A DNA stretch of 64,000 nucleotides from Neodothiora populina (GCF_041146345.1 NW_027191414.1:930001-994000); one strand, 5' to 3'. Shown: positions 1-12,622, counted from the stretch's first letter. The notes: a model not told the origin generated them from the letters alone. Made by a program: numbers and translations.

Positions 1-332
1 GACTGACGTCGGACAAGTCTATGTTTGGTCTGTTTGTTCCCGGACTTGAGTAAACGCCGAGTCGTTCCACCTTGCCTGGAGAGCTTGGCTTGGCTACCTT
101 CGGGTTGGTGTACCTTAATTCACTAACAAATATTATTGTTCCATTGTTTCAATCACGGAAGGGAAAAATGCTCGCATTAATTATGGCTCGTCGACGCTTA
201 GTTTCTTAGCTACTTAGTGTCACTGTCCGACCCGTTTGCGAGATGACAACAATACCAAGCACCATCGAATACCGCGTTCCTTCTTTTCCATGTTCATAGA
301 GCCATGGCATTCCATCCGTCTTGCGGACAAGG

Positions 333-353
333 CGGCGCTTCTTCGGCGTGGAG
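333..353 (+). promoter_or_regulatory. Putative InuR/AmyR-type CGG-N8-CGG site (333-346) next to a CreA-type SYGGRG site (GTGGAG, 348-353), upstream of the GH32 gene
   Basis: Sequence CGG-cgcttctt-CGG-c-GTGGAG about 620 bp upstream of the GH32 ATG; matches Aspergillus consensus motifs, but short motifs also arise by chance. Confidence 0.35.
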
Positions 354-965
354 ATGTCAATTCCACCGTCAGCCACGCGACATGTCACCAGGTCTCTCAC
401 GAACCTGCGTCAAATGGGCCCATGTTGTGATTTCCCCTCTTCGGAGCCCTCAAATGCACTCTCATCCACGTTCGAAGCATGCTCCGTTGACCTCGTCACA
501 ATGGAGAGCGGTTCGTACTGAGGTAGTTGAACATTTAGTCGGACAAGGTGTGCAAGATACTGTGATATTTGAGATTCCCAGCTTAGGATACGCTGTGTAC
601 CTAGATGAGCTTGGCTCTACTTCGCCGGAGATTCTTCGTTTTCTCGTTGCAGAAACATGGCCGCTATTGGTAGCGGGTCGTGGGCATTGGCTTGTCCACC
701 CCGCCTTGATCTGTCGGAGTAATGTGTAGCTCCATCTCGCTTGCATTCTCCACAGTGGGGACCCCATGCGACCCACTATCCCGGTCCGAGGACTGCGTCA
801 TTTTGAATCTAGTCCTGAACACTTGATGAATGTTTGTGTAAGTAGACGAACTCTGCCACAGCCATCAGGCTCGGCAAGGCTCGTCCACATAATATATAAG
901 CGACGGCTGCCCTACTGACAAGCAGCGCATATCTCACAGTCTGAATATTCACTACTTTCGTCAGC

Positions 966-2971
966 ATGAGGTACACAATTGCTGCCGTTGCCGCTATGAT
1001 GGGCCAGGCCTTGGGCCAGGCGACATTGACTGCTTCTATGATTGAGACTATGGGCAACAACAGTCTGTTCACAAGGTGGAGACCTACCTCTCATTTCATA
1101 GCCCCAGCCGGCTGGATGAACGATCCCTGCGGTCTCATGTACGATCCTACGGAAGACCTCTACCATGCCTTCTATCAATGGCATCCTGAGCATTACGATT
1201 GGGGTATGCATCTGCTCATTACAGCTAGAGTAGTGCGGGAGCTGACCATGAATAGGCAACATCTCTTGGGGTCATGCTACATCCCAAGACCTTATCTCTT
1301 GGACTGACGTTGGCGGTTGGGAAGGCCGAGATGCACTTGCTATGGGCCCGTCCGGCAACGGATCATACAACGGATTGGGTAAGTGCTTGTGTCTATTCTT
1401 GTACTTCGACTCACTAACGTGGTACGAAAGGCATCTTCTCTGGTACCGCTCAGCCGGTGAACCTTAGTGGAGAGGTTGACGGCACTCTCCTTATCTTCTA
1501 TACTTCGGTGTCGAAGTTGCCCACTTCGTGGAGCATTGAGTACCAAAATGGTACCGAATCTCAGAGCCTGGCCATGTCAAACGATGGCGGTAAGACTTGG
1601 GAGCAATATGCCGAGAACCCAATCATCACTGGACCTCCTGCTGATGGGTGGAACATCACCGGTTTCCGTGACCCTTTCTTCGAGCCACTGCCTGCCCTTG
1701 ATGCTCTACTTGGACAGGAAGAACCTCATTACTATGCTGTATTTGGTTCTGGCATCAAAGGCGATGGTCCACGTATCCCCTTGTGGTCAGCCCCACAGTC
1801 AAACCTTGCCAACTGGACATTCCTCGGTTCTTTGTGGGAGCCGGCCGCCAATTCCTCCCTCGGAAGCGTGCTCGCAACAGGCTCGAACGGTTTCAACTTC
1901 GAGGTTTCTGGATTTTTCGCTCTCCCCGACGAAGATGGTCATGTCCACTACTTCGTGAACATGGGAACGGAAGGCGGAAACGTGTCGTTTCACCAGTCTG
2001 CGCATTGGTCTTTGTGGCAGGAGGGCCACATCACTCGTAGAGCCAACGGCTCGGCGCAGTTCACACCTATCTCTGGCGGTGCCGGTGACTATGGCAACCT
2101 CTACGCGCTCTCGTCATTCAACGACACCAAGAACAACCGTCGTGTGCAATACGGCTGGGCCCCTGAGGATTTCGTTGCCGGCGGTGGTCTGTTCTCTGCG
2201 CAGCAACAAGGCTACCAAGGATCTTTCTCTCTGGCACGAGAGTTGTTCGTCAAGACCACCAGAAACCTTGTAAACCCCGATGGTGTCCTTGGTGAGCTTG
2301 GTACCTCGTACGTTGAGCAAGGGCTTGATGGTACCTTCACTGCCCGAACCCTGGGTGTTCGTCCACTCGAGGATGTTGTCACTGGTCTCCGCAATGGAAG
2401 CACCCAGCACAGCTGGCCAAGACGTTCATACAATGGCAGCACCGTTCTGATGGCCAATGGCTCCTCGCACATGGAGCTGAGCGCCACAGTGAGATCCGCC
2501 ACCGGGCCCTGCGGTGTTCGCATCGGAGTCAGTCCCGATGGCAGAGAGTACACCACCATTTACTATGAGCCAAGCAACAACACTGTTGTTGTCGATCGTA
2601 CCCACTCTTCTCTCATCGAGGGCTTCAACAACGCCTCCGTCATCGGCTACTTCTACCCCTACACCATCCAGTCCGAGTCCGGCAACGCGACCCAGGAGCC
2701 TCTGACCTGGGACATCTTCCTCGACGGATCTCTCATCGAGGTCTACATTAACGACCGCTTTGCGCTTACCACCAGAATCTACCCCAGCATGGAGAGCAGT
2801 ACCGGCTTCGGCGTGTACGTCGGTGAGGGAGCATCAGCCGCATTCGACAGTCTCGACGTCTGGTCCGAGCTCGCTAATGTCTTCCCCGAGCGCCCTCTCA
2901 ACAGCAGCTCTCAACTCGTCTATGATACCGTTGAGCAGACCAACAACCGAACCTGGTGGAGTGGTAAATAA
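966..2971 (+). CDS. Secreted GH32 beta-fructofuranosidase/invertase; exons 966-1203, 1256-1378, 1431-2971
   Basis: N-terminal signal peptide; WMNDPCG, WGHATS, FSGT, RDP and NFEV motifs; C-terminal beta-sandwich (DGSLIEVYIN); GT-AG introns 1204-1255 and 1379-1430 keep frame. Confidence 0.95.
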
Positions 2972-3486
2972 ACAGGTGGGATTTGTCGAGGTCAGAGAAG
3001 GAGATTGTTCGACGCAAGGCAACGAAACTGTAATTGAAGAAACGAATGGCTTTTTCAAGCCTCAAAATGTGGATTTAATGTATGATAGTATATGATTAAT
3101 TGTTCTTGTTCATGTCACTCAGTCCACGTGGAAACAGCAAGTAGTGGGCTACGGCATGCGATATCCCCCGTTATCATTGACTTTCATGCCGCGATGCAAA
3201 AATGAGACAACATCCGATTATCAACCACACCAACATGTGATGAACAGATAGGTCCAGGTACGGGGATAGCATAAAAATGGACGTGCAACAATTGGCGCTC
3301 TATCGTGACTTGTGCTCAGTGTACATATAACTATGCAAAGTGTCGACCGAGTGATACGAGTCTGGGAAAGTCGTGGCATAACGCATATCTCTGCACATCT
3401 TTGTCTCTAGTGCTGCTTGTCCTATTTCAAGGGACGATGGTACTCTAGATCTGTCTCGGAAGTCCCAGATCGTGATTCGACGGATA

Positions 3487-5484
3487 TCAGCCTGCGAATC
3501 CGGCTCGAGCCATCTTGCGTGCCCGTCCATCCCTTCGACTCGACCCTCTGGCTTCTTTTCTCTGCCTGGCGATTTGTGTCGATTTCTCGTTTGGAGCACC
3601 TGCGGCACTGCCACCTCTGCCAGCGCCTCCTCGTCCTCTGCCTCCGCGATGTCCGCCCCGGCCTCTGCCACCGCCCCTACCGCCCCTGCTGTAACCGCTA
3701 CCATTACCGCCGCCGTCTGAGTCTTCCGAGTCGTTTTCGCCTTCTCTGTAAGACGTCCTTGCGATTTCGTTCTGGCCGCCGTGGAAAGCCGAATACTTTG
3801 ATTCCAATCGTCGTTGCTGCCTTACGTCGCGCGAGAACATGATGCCCCATCCCTCGATCGTCTCGTCTGTCATTCCCGTTTCTGCTTTGAGGGCTTGTCT
3901 CGGCTTGCTGCGCCTGATATCTGCGGTGCGCTCGAACACTCCGCGGTCTGTCTGCCAGGCGCGATACAAAGCTGCTTCGTTTGCGTTGCTTGCCCCAACG
4001 TCCACGTCCCGCTTGTCTTCCCCGTCTGGTCGTGCAGCGTCGACGTATCCTCCTACGTCCGCTTCGTCGTAAGTGTCGTCTCTCTCGTCGTCGTCCGAAT
4101 CAAATGCGGCCAACGCTGCGATGATGGCACTCTTGGCTGGAGCTTTTGTGCGGTCGGACAAGACCTGGTCTGCTGTGAGAGTGGCGTCTTTGCGACCGAT
4201 GTGCAGTCGAGTCGAGTCGACTTCCAGACGGTCGAATTCGTCGTTGTCGAACACGTTGCGACGCTCGAATGGCGGCGTCGAGCGTGGCGCTAGATGCTCG
4301 ATACGTTGGTGTTCGCGCTGCGTCTCCGTTACGCCCGGTGAAGGGAGTTCTGCAGACCGGTCTAGAGCAGAGAGGTGGGCTGGTAAGGACTCATCTAATA
4401 GATGAGCAGTCGCTTCTTCGACACTTTCGTTGTACTCGTCCAATAGGCGAGAGATGAACCCTGAACCTAGGTCCGGGAATAAATCTTGCACTTGGGTGAT
4501 GAGACTCATCCGATGTATATGATGATCGCCTATACTACTCTCGTGGGTGAAGGTCTCCTTGGGCATCTTCCCCTTCCCTTTCCTCGTGACCCGCCGAGTT
4601 GGACGTCGGGGCCGCATTAGAGAAGGGGTGCGGTATTTGTCTAGAACAGCTGCAAGATTTGTCGCTCTCTCGGCATCTTTGCCTCCCACACTAGTCCTGA
4701 GCTTTGATAGAAGCGGCGTGTTTGTCACCAGATCAGCCAGCAAGGAAGTTTTCTGATCTCTGGGAATTTGGCTTCTCAGGCTGTAAAGATGATCGAATAT
4801 CAAAGAGTAGTTGGGCTTCTCGTTCTTCATTGCGCTCAATATGGACAGAAAAGTAGTGGTCACAAGAGCTTCTTGTAAATCTGCAGATCCAGAAGAGTAA
4901 GCGGTTGATATGGCGTCCATGAAATCTGAGCCAGTCATGAAGAAGATTCCCACTTTGGGAGAGGTATACAGTAGAGCATAGATCCTCTTCAGATACTCCA
5001 GGGCATTTTCCGGCTGTGATGACTCTAAACGCTTGGAGAGTATGGAAGTAAGATCTCGCAGAGAAGCTTCCCACTGAGCTTCCTTCCTCTGCCATAGGCG
5101 TTTCAGCAGCGTGTCTAGACTCTGGGTTCTAATGTACGCATGGCAGAAATCAGAAATAAATTCCCATCGCAACAGTGATGACGGTGGGTTCGCTTCTTCA
5201 AGAAGTATTCTGTGCACAAGAATGAAACACGTCCTCTTCAGTGTTTGGTCCTTGGATCTGATAGCAGAAACATGCTGCTCACTAGGCAGCTCATGGAAGT
5301 AAGACTTCAAAAAGGAAATCAGAGAAGAGGTCTCGGCTGCTGCTTTCTCGAATTCGCTTTGCTGGAGACGCAGATACAGTCCAGACAAAGATAACCAGGC
5401 ATCAAGACAGGCTTCCCATTCCTCCGGTGTCAAGTCAGTCCGTAACCTGGCCGGTGGATATGGTGCGATTGGTGGTAAGCTCAT
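3487..5484 (-). CDS. CUE3: CUE-domain protein Cue3/Rqt3 (ASCC2 homolog, ribosome quality-control trigger complex)
   Basis: CUE domain ITQVQDLFPDLGSGFISRLLDEYNESVEEATAHLL; DSDDDERDDTYD motif; C-terminal RGG tract and ARKMARAG ending; first ATG at 5484. Confidence 0.85.
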   Translation of the reverse strand: MSLPPIAPYPPARLRTDLTPEEWEACLDAWLSLSGLYLRLQQSEFEKAAAETSSLISFLKSYFHELPSEQHVSAIRSKDQTLKRTCFILVHRILLEEANPPSSLLRWEFISDFCHAYIRTQSLDTLLKRLWQRKEAQWEASLRDLTSILSKRLESSQPENALEYLKRIYALLYTSPKVGIFFMTGSDFMDAISTAYSSGSADLQEALVTTTFLSILSAMKNEKPNYSLIFDHLYSLRSQIPRDQKTSLLADLVTNTPLLSKLRTSVGGKDAERATNLAAVLDKYRTPSLMRPRRPTRRVTRKGKGKMPKETFTHESSIGDHHIHRMSLITQVQDLFPDLGSGFISRLLDEYNESVEEATAHLLDESLPAHLSALDRSAELPSPGVTETQREHQRIEHLAPRSTPPFERRNVFDNDEFDRLEVDSTRLHIGRKDATLTADQVLSDRTKAPAKSAIIAALAAFDSDDDERDDTYDEADVGGYVDAARPDGEDKRDVDVGASNANEAALYRAWQTDRGVFERTADIRRSKPRQALKAETGMTDETIEGWGIMFSRDVRQQRRLESKYSAFHGGQNEIARTSYREGENDSEDSDGGGNGSGYSRGGRGGGRGRGGHRGGRGRGGAGRGGSAAGAPNEKSTQIARQRKEARGSSRRDGRARKMARAGFAG

Positions 5485-6006
5485 CGAAAGGTCTGGAGAA
5501 ATTGAGCGATTGTGTTGGTTTACAACCACTTGAGTCGGATTCGTTGTCGCTACTTTCTTCACAACTTGTCGTGAACCTCAGATCTCAACCTACTGACCTC
5601 TACTTCGACTCCAAAAATGTCATAGGACTCTATTATCCACAATGTCTCTCACAATGACGCTGTGAAGTGAAAGCATGAGCCAATGGCGGCGTCCGCATAA
5701 GGTTTAGCTGGCAGCGGACGCGCCAAGCGAGTCGGTTCCCGATCTCAATCGTGTAAGCCCACACGGTCCTTTCCCACGCTTGGCGTGAATTCTGCTGAAA
5801 AGTGCAACTCCGCGACCAACTTCTTTACAAAATCACCAATCATCACTTAGCCGAGGACCACGTTACCCGAGTCGTGATTGGAATACCGTCTTCAGAGTAT
5901 GTATCATCTATGAAATCAGATGTGATGATAGCAGTCCACGGCTGTCGGTCGCGACATTGCGCTTACACAAGGTGTCGCAGCACATCAGTCCATACAGCCA
6001 GAAAAA

Positions 6007-6442
6007 ATGTCTTTCCAGGACCCCAAGAAGACCGCCCAGGGCGATGCCCCCAAGATCCACAAGATCCGCATCACCCTCACCTCCCGCAAGGTGCAATCCC
6101 TCGAGAAGGTCTGCACTGAGCTCATCGACCGCGCCAAGTCCAAGGACCTCCGCGTCAAGGGCCCCGTCCGTCTTCCCACCAAGAACCTCAAGGTCACCAC
6201 CCGTAAGACCCCCAACGGTGAAGGTTCCAAGACCTGGGACACCTTCGAGATGAGAATCCACAAGCGCCTGATTGAGTGAGTGACTGTTGTCCTGCCGACA
6301 GCTGCGGCTGCGGCCGCGCTGGTGTGAAGTTGTGGACACAAAGCTGACTGTATATAGCCTCAACGCCCCTACTGAGGTCGTCAAGCAGATCATCATCAAC
6401 ATCGAGGCCGGTGTTGAGGTTGAGGTCACCATTGCTGCTTAA
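6007..6442 (+). CDS. RPS20: 40S ribosomal protein S20 (uS10); exons 6007-6275, 6358-6442; probable 5'-UTR intron 5897-5997
   Basis: [11 protein letters not shown]...KGPVRLPTK...[13 protein letters not shown]...[10 protein letters not shown]; intron GTGAGT...GCTGAC...TAG. Confidence 0.97.
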
Positions 6443-8650
6443 ATGCATTGATGTGACGAAAGGCTTGTTACCAGTATCTTTGACCAGGCTCAATCGCCGG
6501 ACGAGGGATCGAATATCAGGACTTTATAGCAATCCAAAACAAAGATTCAAAGTCAAGCAAGCCTGCTATTTGGAGCGCTGTTCCTCAAAACCATTCAACA
6601 CATGTAATCGGAATACCAATGTGAACGACGAATCTTGTCCATGACTCGGGTGCAACATTTGTGCCAATGAATGAAAAAGTCATGTGCGCAAGATGCTACC
6701 ATATACAGGGTCGAGTCAATATTATGTCGTGTTGTACACTGCGGATGAAGAACATGTGAATTGCCGCCAGGCGTACAATCTGTCACCTCAGGGCGCACCT
6801 CTAACGTGGTCAGTGTAAGCGTCTTCCAGACATTAAATGTTCAATCGACGCTGTTATGCGGGCCAGTCACAAATGCACACATGCCTTGTGCATGAATTAT
6901 CTTCACCTACAGTCCAAGCTTCGCCATACTCACGTGATATAGCCAAGACTTTGAGAGTCATGAAAGTACAGGTACAAGCAAGGTCGGAGGAGTAACGGCC
7001 GAGGGAGGCTTCTCGCTACCGCCTCAATTCCCGGCATGTCTTGCCGATCTTCTCCTCCGAACTATAATTGCAATGGGCTATTGCACTTTAACACATGCGA
7101 CGCTTGGGTGATCGCTGCCCGCCCAAGATGAAACGAGGACAAAAATCCAAAGGAGAAAAAGTTGAGAAGCTTCTACGTGCTTCTTGTGGTTGATTGTGAT
7201 GCATTGACACTGAGTCAGTAGCTTTCACGTTACGCGTACCTTATGGTACACACAGGGACTGTTGCACCCGCGGAGCAGGCGCCGCAATTTCAGGGCAATT
7301 GTGTATGGAGTATCGGATAAGGGTCTCTGTTTCGATTAAAGATGCTGGGCAGGAAAACAATCAACGGAGAAGAGGCAAAGGGTGAGCCTCGTGTCATTTC
7401 GAGCCTCAAGTGCATGACCCTATGCCGACCTAAGCCGCCTAGTCTCCCCACAGTGAAGCGCTCGGAAGCGAAGATCTCACGCGGCGACAATGGGTGATGA
7501 GCGACAGCTATGTATGCTATGTACAGTCACTGTGCACCATACAGTACTTGTACTTGTACTTTAGTCGTGCCTCGACGAGTGGTACCGCAGTACCTTGTTA
7601 CCGAATCCGCACCGCAGTTGTACAGCAAGTCGTGCCGCCCGCCATGTGAAAACTTCTGAATATCCCGCCCCCCCGTACTTGCACCTTGTGATAACGGTGT
7701 GAGTCTGTCTCTGCTGAGATAGGGGCAATTGTCACAATGCAGCAGACACTCTCAGCACTCGCAGATAGCACGAACACGGGTCTCCTAGCGTCTACCAGAT
7801 TACGTAGAGAAGCGAAGAGGCGTGCGCTGAAGCAGTTTCGTTGACATCATAGGCGAGAGTATCTACTTAGCTAGTCAGGAGTCCAGTCCGAGGGTGGAGA
7901 CAGCCCTCGTGTGAGGGAGTGTAGTGGATTTGTAGGGATAAGGTAGAGACTTAAAAAGTAGCTTTTACCCGTTGTGTGGATGGGGCGTCCTAGTGCTCTT
8001 GCCTGCAGAACCTCTTCAGTAATTGAGGCAAGTGCAGTGCTTGCCGAGCATTTCTCAGCTCAAACTGGCAGTGGCAGTGGAGGATTGCGCCTACGCCGAA
8101 AACGACACCTTCTCCGAGCTACACACCACCCTCCTCTATCTTTCTGCTTCATACCACCACCCTCTCCCGACTCGAGCAGCGAGGTCGGGAAATAGCACCA
8201 GGCCGACAGTCACTCGCGCGATCGCCTCTGTCTTCAGCACAGCGTACGCAGCTACAGCGTGCCATCTCGACAACCTCGACACCCGGCGCTCGCAATACCT
8301 TCGTCCGTCTCCGTCTCGTTGCGCGCGCCCGTCTCGCATTAGCATCCGAGTCCCGATATTCCTTGAGCTGAGCCCTCGGTTTTGCTCCCCTCTACTATTC
8401 ATCAGTCGATATCCCCGTTGTTATTATCATTTATTATTACCATCACTGTCGCTCTCTCCGTCCGACAGTCCACTCTCGCCCGCCTTGTCACTTAGCGCGA
8501 CTTGACTTTTCGGATTGGGCGCGGAGCCGGCGATACTCGATACTCGATACTCGTTACTCGATATTCCATTTGCACAAAAAGGCCCTGGTCGCTTTCGGTC
8601 GGGCCCATCAGACCCGCCTTACCACGGATGACTCTCAACACTCGTAGAAA

Positions 8651-11600
8651 ATGACCGGCTACAATCCCTATGCCGCCGGTCCTACGGGATACAACAATGG
8701 CGCCGGCATGCAACAGATGGACCCTTCTGTCAACGGGAACAACATGATGATTGGTCCTGAGAATGGCATGGGATCCGCCGGCGGGCAATCCATTGACGAC
8801 ATCGTCAACAACAACAATAACGCCAACATGATGCGCAGGCCGACCATGCCTCATCACTATTCATCCAATCAAGGCCCCATGGACGCCGACCTTAACGGGT
8901 TGGCCATGCTCGAATTCACCGGCAATTCTCCCTCTGGTCCGCTCGATCACTTCTCCTTTGACCCTTCGACGAATCTAGCAGGAAATGATGTGATGAACCC
9001 CTCGGCTTCCATGAGTCTTTCCGATCGGAGCCTCAATACTTCCAGGCGGCAGTCGGCTGGTGATCTTTCCTTGAACACCACCTTCGCTAACAACAATGCC
9101 TCTTATGCCCCCGGCTTGTCTCACGCCACTAGTTATCAGTCAGTCGGAACCCAAGGCGGCCAAAATCTCGATCTCGACATGAATAGTCCTTTCATCTCGA
9201 CTCCCATGGGCATGAACATGGACTACAGCAATAGCCCGAGCCTCTCCGGTATAATGCCTGTTGACCAGAATGCTATGGCCATGTACAATCAGACACCTTA
9301 CCATCCGTCGATGATGAGCTCCCCGATGGCAGCCTCTCCCATACATCATACCTCCATGTCAGGCACTATGCGGAGCATATCCCAAGACCAGGGCAGCGGT
9401 GGTATGGAGCGACAAAGATCCCGCTTCGAACAATCACAGAGCAGGAGCTCTTCAGATGCAAACAGTTCGTCGCGACCTTCACAGTCTCGTAGTCAGAGTA
9501 TGCACACGCCGAACGTCGCATCCCAGCAGCTTCAGCGACCGCCTCTTGCGCAGCAGCGATCGGCTCAACATCAGCAACAACGTCATCATCAGCAGCAACT
9601 TGAGCAGGAACAGCAACAGCAACACCGGCAACATCAGCAGCAGCAACAGCAACAACAGTCACAAGCACCGCAGCAGCCGCAACAGCCGCAGCAAACGCAG
9701 CAACAACTCCAAAAACGTCCATCATCTGCTGCAGCACCTCAAAGACAACACTCGGTTCCCGAGTTCTCGCCACAACCCCCGAAAAATCAAGCCGTATCAC
9801 GCGAAGAAATCGAGTCGGAACGGAATCGGTTGAGCGCAGCGAGAAACTCGAAGCAAAACAATGTCCTCCCCGAAAGCCTGGGTTGGAAGACGCCTGACGG
9901 TGGCTGGCCGTCTACGCTGTCAGGTCGACCTCACATGCAATCTCAATATAAAAATGCATATTCTTCCACCGGCTTTGACATGCTCGGTGTGCTCGTAGGT
10001 CACCACTAATCACCATAGGTCTCCGTTGATACTGATGTCCATCGCAGATCCGAGTCGCCACAAGACCAAACCCCGAGATCAACATCGGCTCGGTCGATTT
10101 GTCCTGCGCTTTTGTCGTCTGCGATGCGGAAAAGGACGACTGTCCCATTGTTTATTGTTCCGACAATTTCGAGCGTCTCACCGGATATACGCGGCATATG
10201 ATCCTTGGGAGGAATTGTCGCTTTCTACAATCGCCAGACGGCCATGTAGAATCAGGCATCAAGCGCAAATATGTCGACGACAACTCTGTTCTATACCTGA
10301 AGAACATGGTCAACACCCAAAAAGAGGCGCAGATATCCCTCATCAATTATCGAAGAGGAGGGCAGCCATTCATGAATTTACTTACCATCATACCCATCAC
10401 CTGGGACACCGACGAAGTCAAGTTCTTTGTAGGCTTCCAGGTTGATCTTGTCGAACAGCCAAATGCCGTCACGGATAGAAACCCTGACGGATCCTACTCA
10501 ATTAACTACCAGCGGGGTCTGACGATGCCCCGTTACGTTATGAATGCACCCGAGTCACTGCAAAATAAAGCAGAACTCGGCCAAACTATTCCTCGAGATG
10601 ATGTTTCCGCCATATTGAGCACGATAGGAAACGGAGAGTCCGACTATGCGAAGAGGATGTGGGACAAGGTGTTGCTCGAGAACACCGATGATGTGGTGCA
10701 CGTTCTTTCACTCAAAGGCTTGTTTCAATGGGTCTCGCCGTCGTCCATCAAGGTACTGGAATACGAGCCAGGCGAACTCATCGGTACTGCACTATCATCT
10801 GTCTGCCACCCTAGCGACATTGTACCGGTGACGCGAGAGCTCAAGGATACATCGACTGGAGCGTCTGTCAATGTGGTCTTCAGGATCCGAAGAAAGATCA
10901 GCGGGTACATGTGGTTTGAAGGCCACGGCTCACTCCATACAGAGCAAGGTAAAGGCCGGAAATCGATTATTTTGGTGGGCCGGGAGCGTCCTGTGTATAC
11001 ACTTAGCAAAGCCGAGATCGCCGCCAACAACGGAATCGGCGAGAATGAACTCTGGACGAAGATGTCTACCTCCGGAATGTTCTTGTATGTGTCGTCAAAT
11101 GTACGACAACTTCTCGATCGACAGCCGGAAGAACTGGTGGGAGTGAGCATCCAGTCTTTGATGCGCGCAGACTCGAAGAACGATTTCGTGTCCATCCTGG
11201 AGCACGCACGCACGGGTAAAAAGGCTTCGGTAAAACACGAGATGATCAACCGTCGAGGACAAGTTCTACAGGCATTTACAACATTATATCCTGGTGATGC
11301 GACCGAGGGACAGAAACCAACCTTTATTGTCGCACAAACACGGCTCGTCAAGTATCCCCGAGGACACGCGAGCGCTCGGCCGAACGCTACACCTAAAGGA
11401 GACCGAGGTTCTGAGTCTGTGCATTCGACTACTGGTTTGCCAAATCTGCATGCTGGAGAAGATGGCACAACCTCTTCGGAGCCCTCACAGGTGTCCCTTA
11501 GCCAGTATGTGCCGACAGAGGGTGCTGCAGTCACTTATGCAGGACAAAACGGACTCGTTCTTGGCCATCAAGATGTATCACTCGCTTCTGAAGACAACCT

Positions 11601-12185
11601 GTTTGACGAACTGAAGACGACCAAGTCATCTTCTTGGCAGTATGAGATTAGACAACTGGAGAAGAAAAACAGGATGCTTGCGGAGGAAGTGCAATCACTG
11701 CTTGCAGCAAAGAAGAAGCGGAAGAGGAGAAAGGGCGCCGGCCAAATGCAGAAAGATTGCGCAAACTGTCATACGAGGGTCACCCCTGAGTGGAGGAGAG
11801 GACCCAGCGGACAGCGTGATCTCTGCAACAGCTGCGGCTTGCGTTGGGCGAAACTGGTAAGCTATATTCGATACACATGATTTTTGAATCTCATACTAAC
11901 TTATAGCAGAATGGCCGCGTATCACCGCGGACGACATCCCAGCAGAGCGCCATGGGCTCAGATAAAAACTCCCAAGCGTCAGCTTCACCGCAGCACATTG
12001 TACTAGCAAGCGATTCGATGCCCCTCAAGGCCGAATATGGTCCAGGAGGCCACCACATGTCTAGGACATCGTCATCTCTCGCAGGCCACACCGGCGTCGC
12101 TGGATCACCACGAGGCCACTCGGCAAACATGGAGGGAGCAAGTGGCGTTCCGGAGAAGATAGAGGAAGATGTGGAACCAGACTAA
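8651..12185 (+). CDS. wc-1: White collar-1 blue-light photoreceptor/GATA transcription factor; introns 9995-10047 and 11857-11906/11909
   Basis: Poly-Q region, LOV domain with GRNCRFLQ, two further PAS domains, basic KKKRKRRK motif, GATA finger CANCHT...CNSCGLRWAK. Confidence 0.97.
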
Positions 12186-12621
12186 TACGCGACGTTCACA
12201 CGGCGATCTAAAGACAGAAAGAAAAAAAACAAAAACCATCAGAAATACAACCTCATCATGCTTTCCCTGTGCCGAAAGAGGAAGAGCGGTCTGGTCTTAC
12301 CCCGTCGTCGTGTTGTTGTCCTCTTAGATTATGGTGGTCTTTTTGCCCCCCTCTGGAAGTGATTGTGCCTGCGTCGACACTACATGGGCGGAAAATGCTT
12401 GGACGATGCTATCCCGGCGTTATGGGTTCCTCCGCCTTTGCCACGATACCCCCAATTCGTTTTTTTTTGTTACAGTCTCCTTTGCTACGTGGTTTTTATG
12501 TCGGATATCTGAGATATAGCACGTCAGTTTTGCATGTAGGGGAAAAATGGGTTATATGGACGGAAGGAGGACAGGGGAAAAGGGCAGGATTGTGTTACTG
12601 GGACGAGTCAAAGCTGATGAA

Positions 12622-12622
12622 C

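Noticed and set aside
206..776. Short ORFs upstream of the GH32 gene
   Set aside because: No recognisable motifs or coding bias; most likely promoter DNA
5485..5562. 26-codon N-terminal extension of Cue3 in the ORF track
   Set aside because: Starts at GTG; eukaryotic initiation at ATG 5484 is more likely
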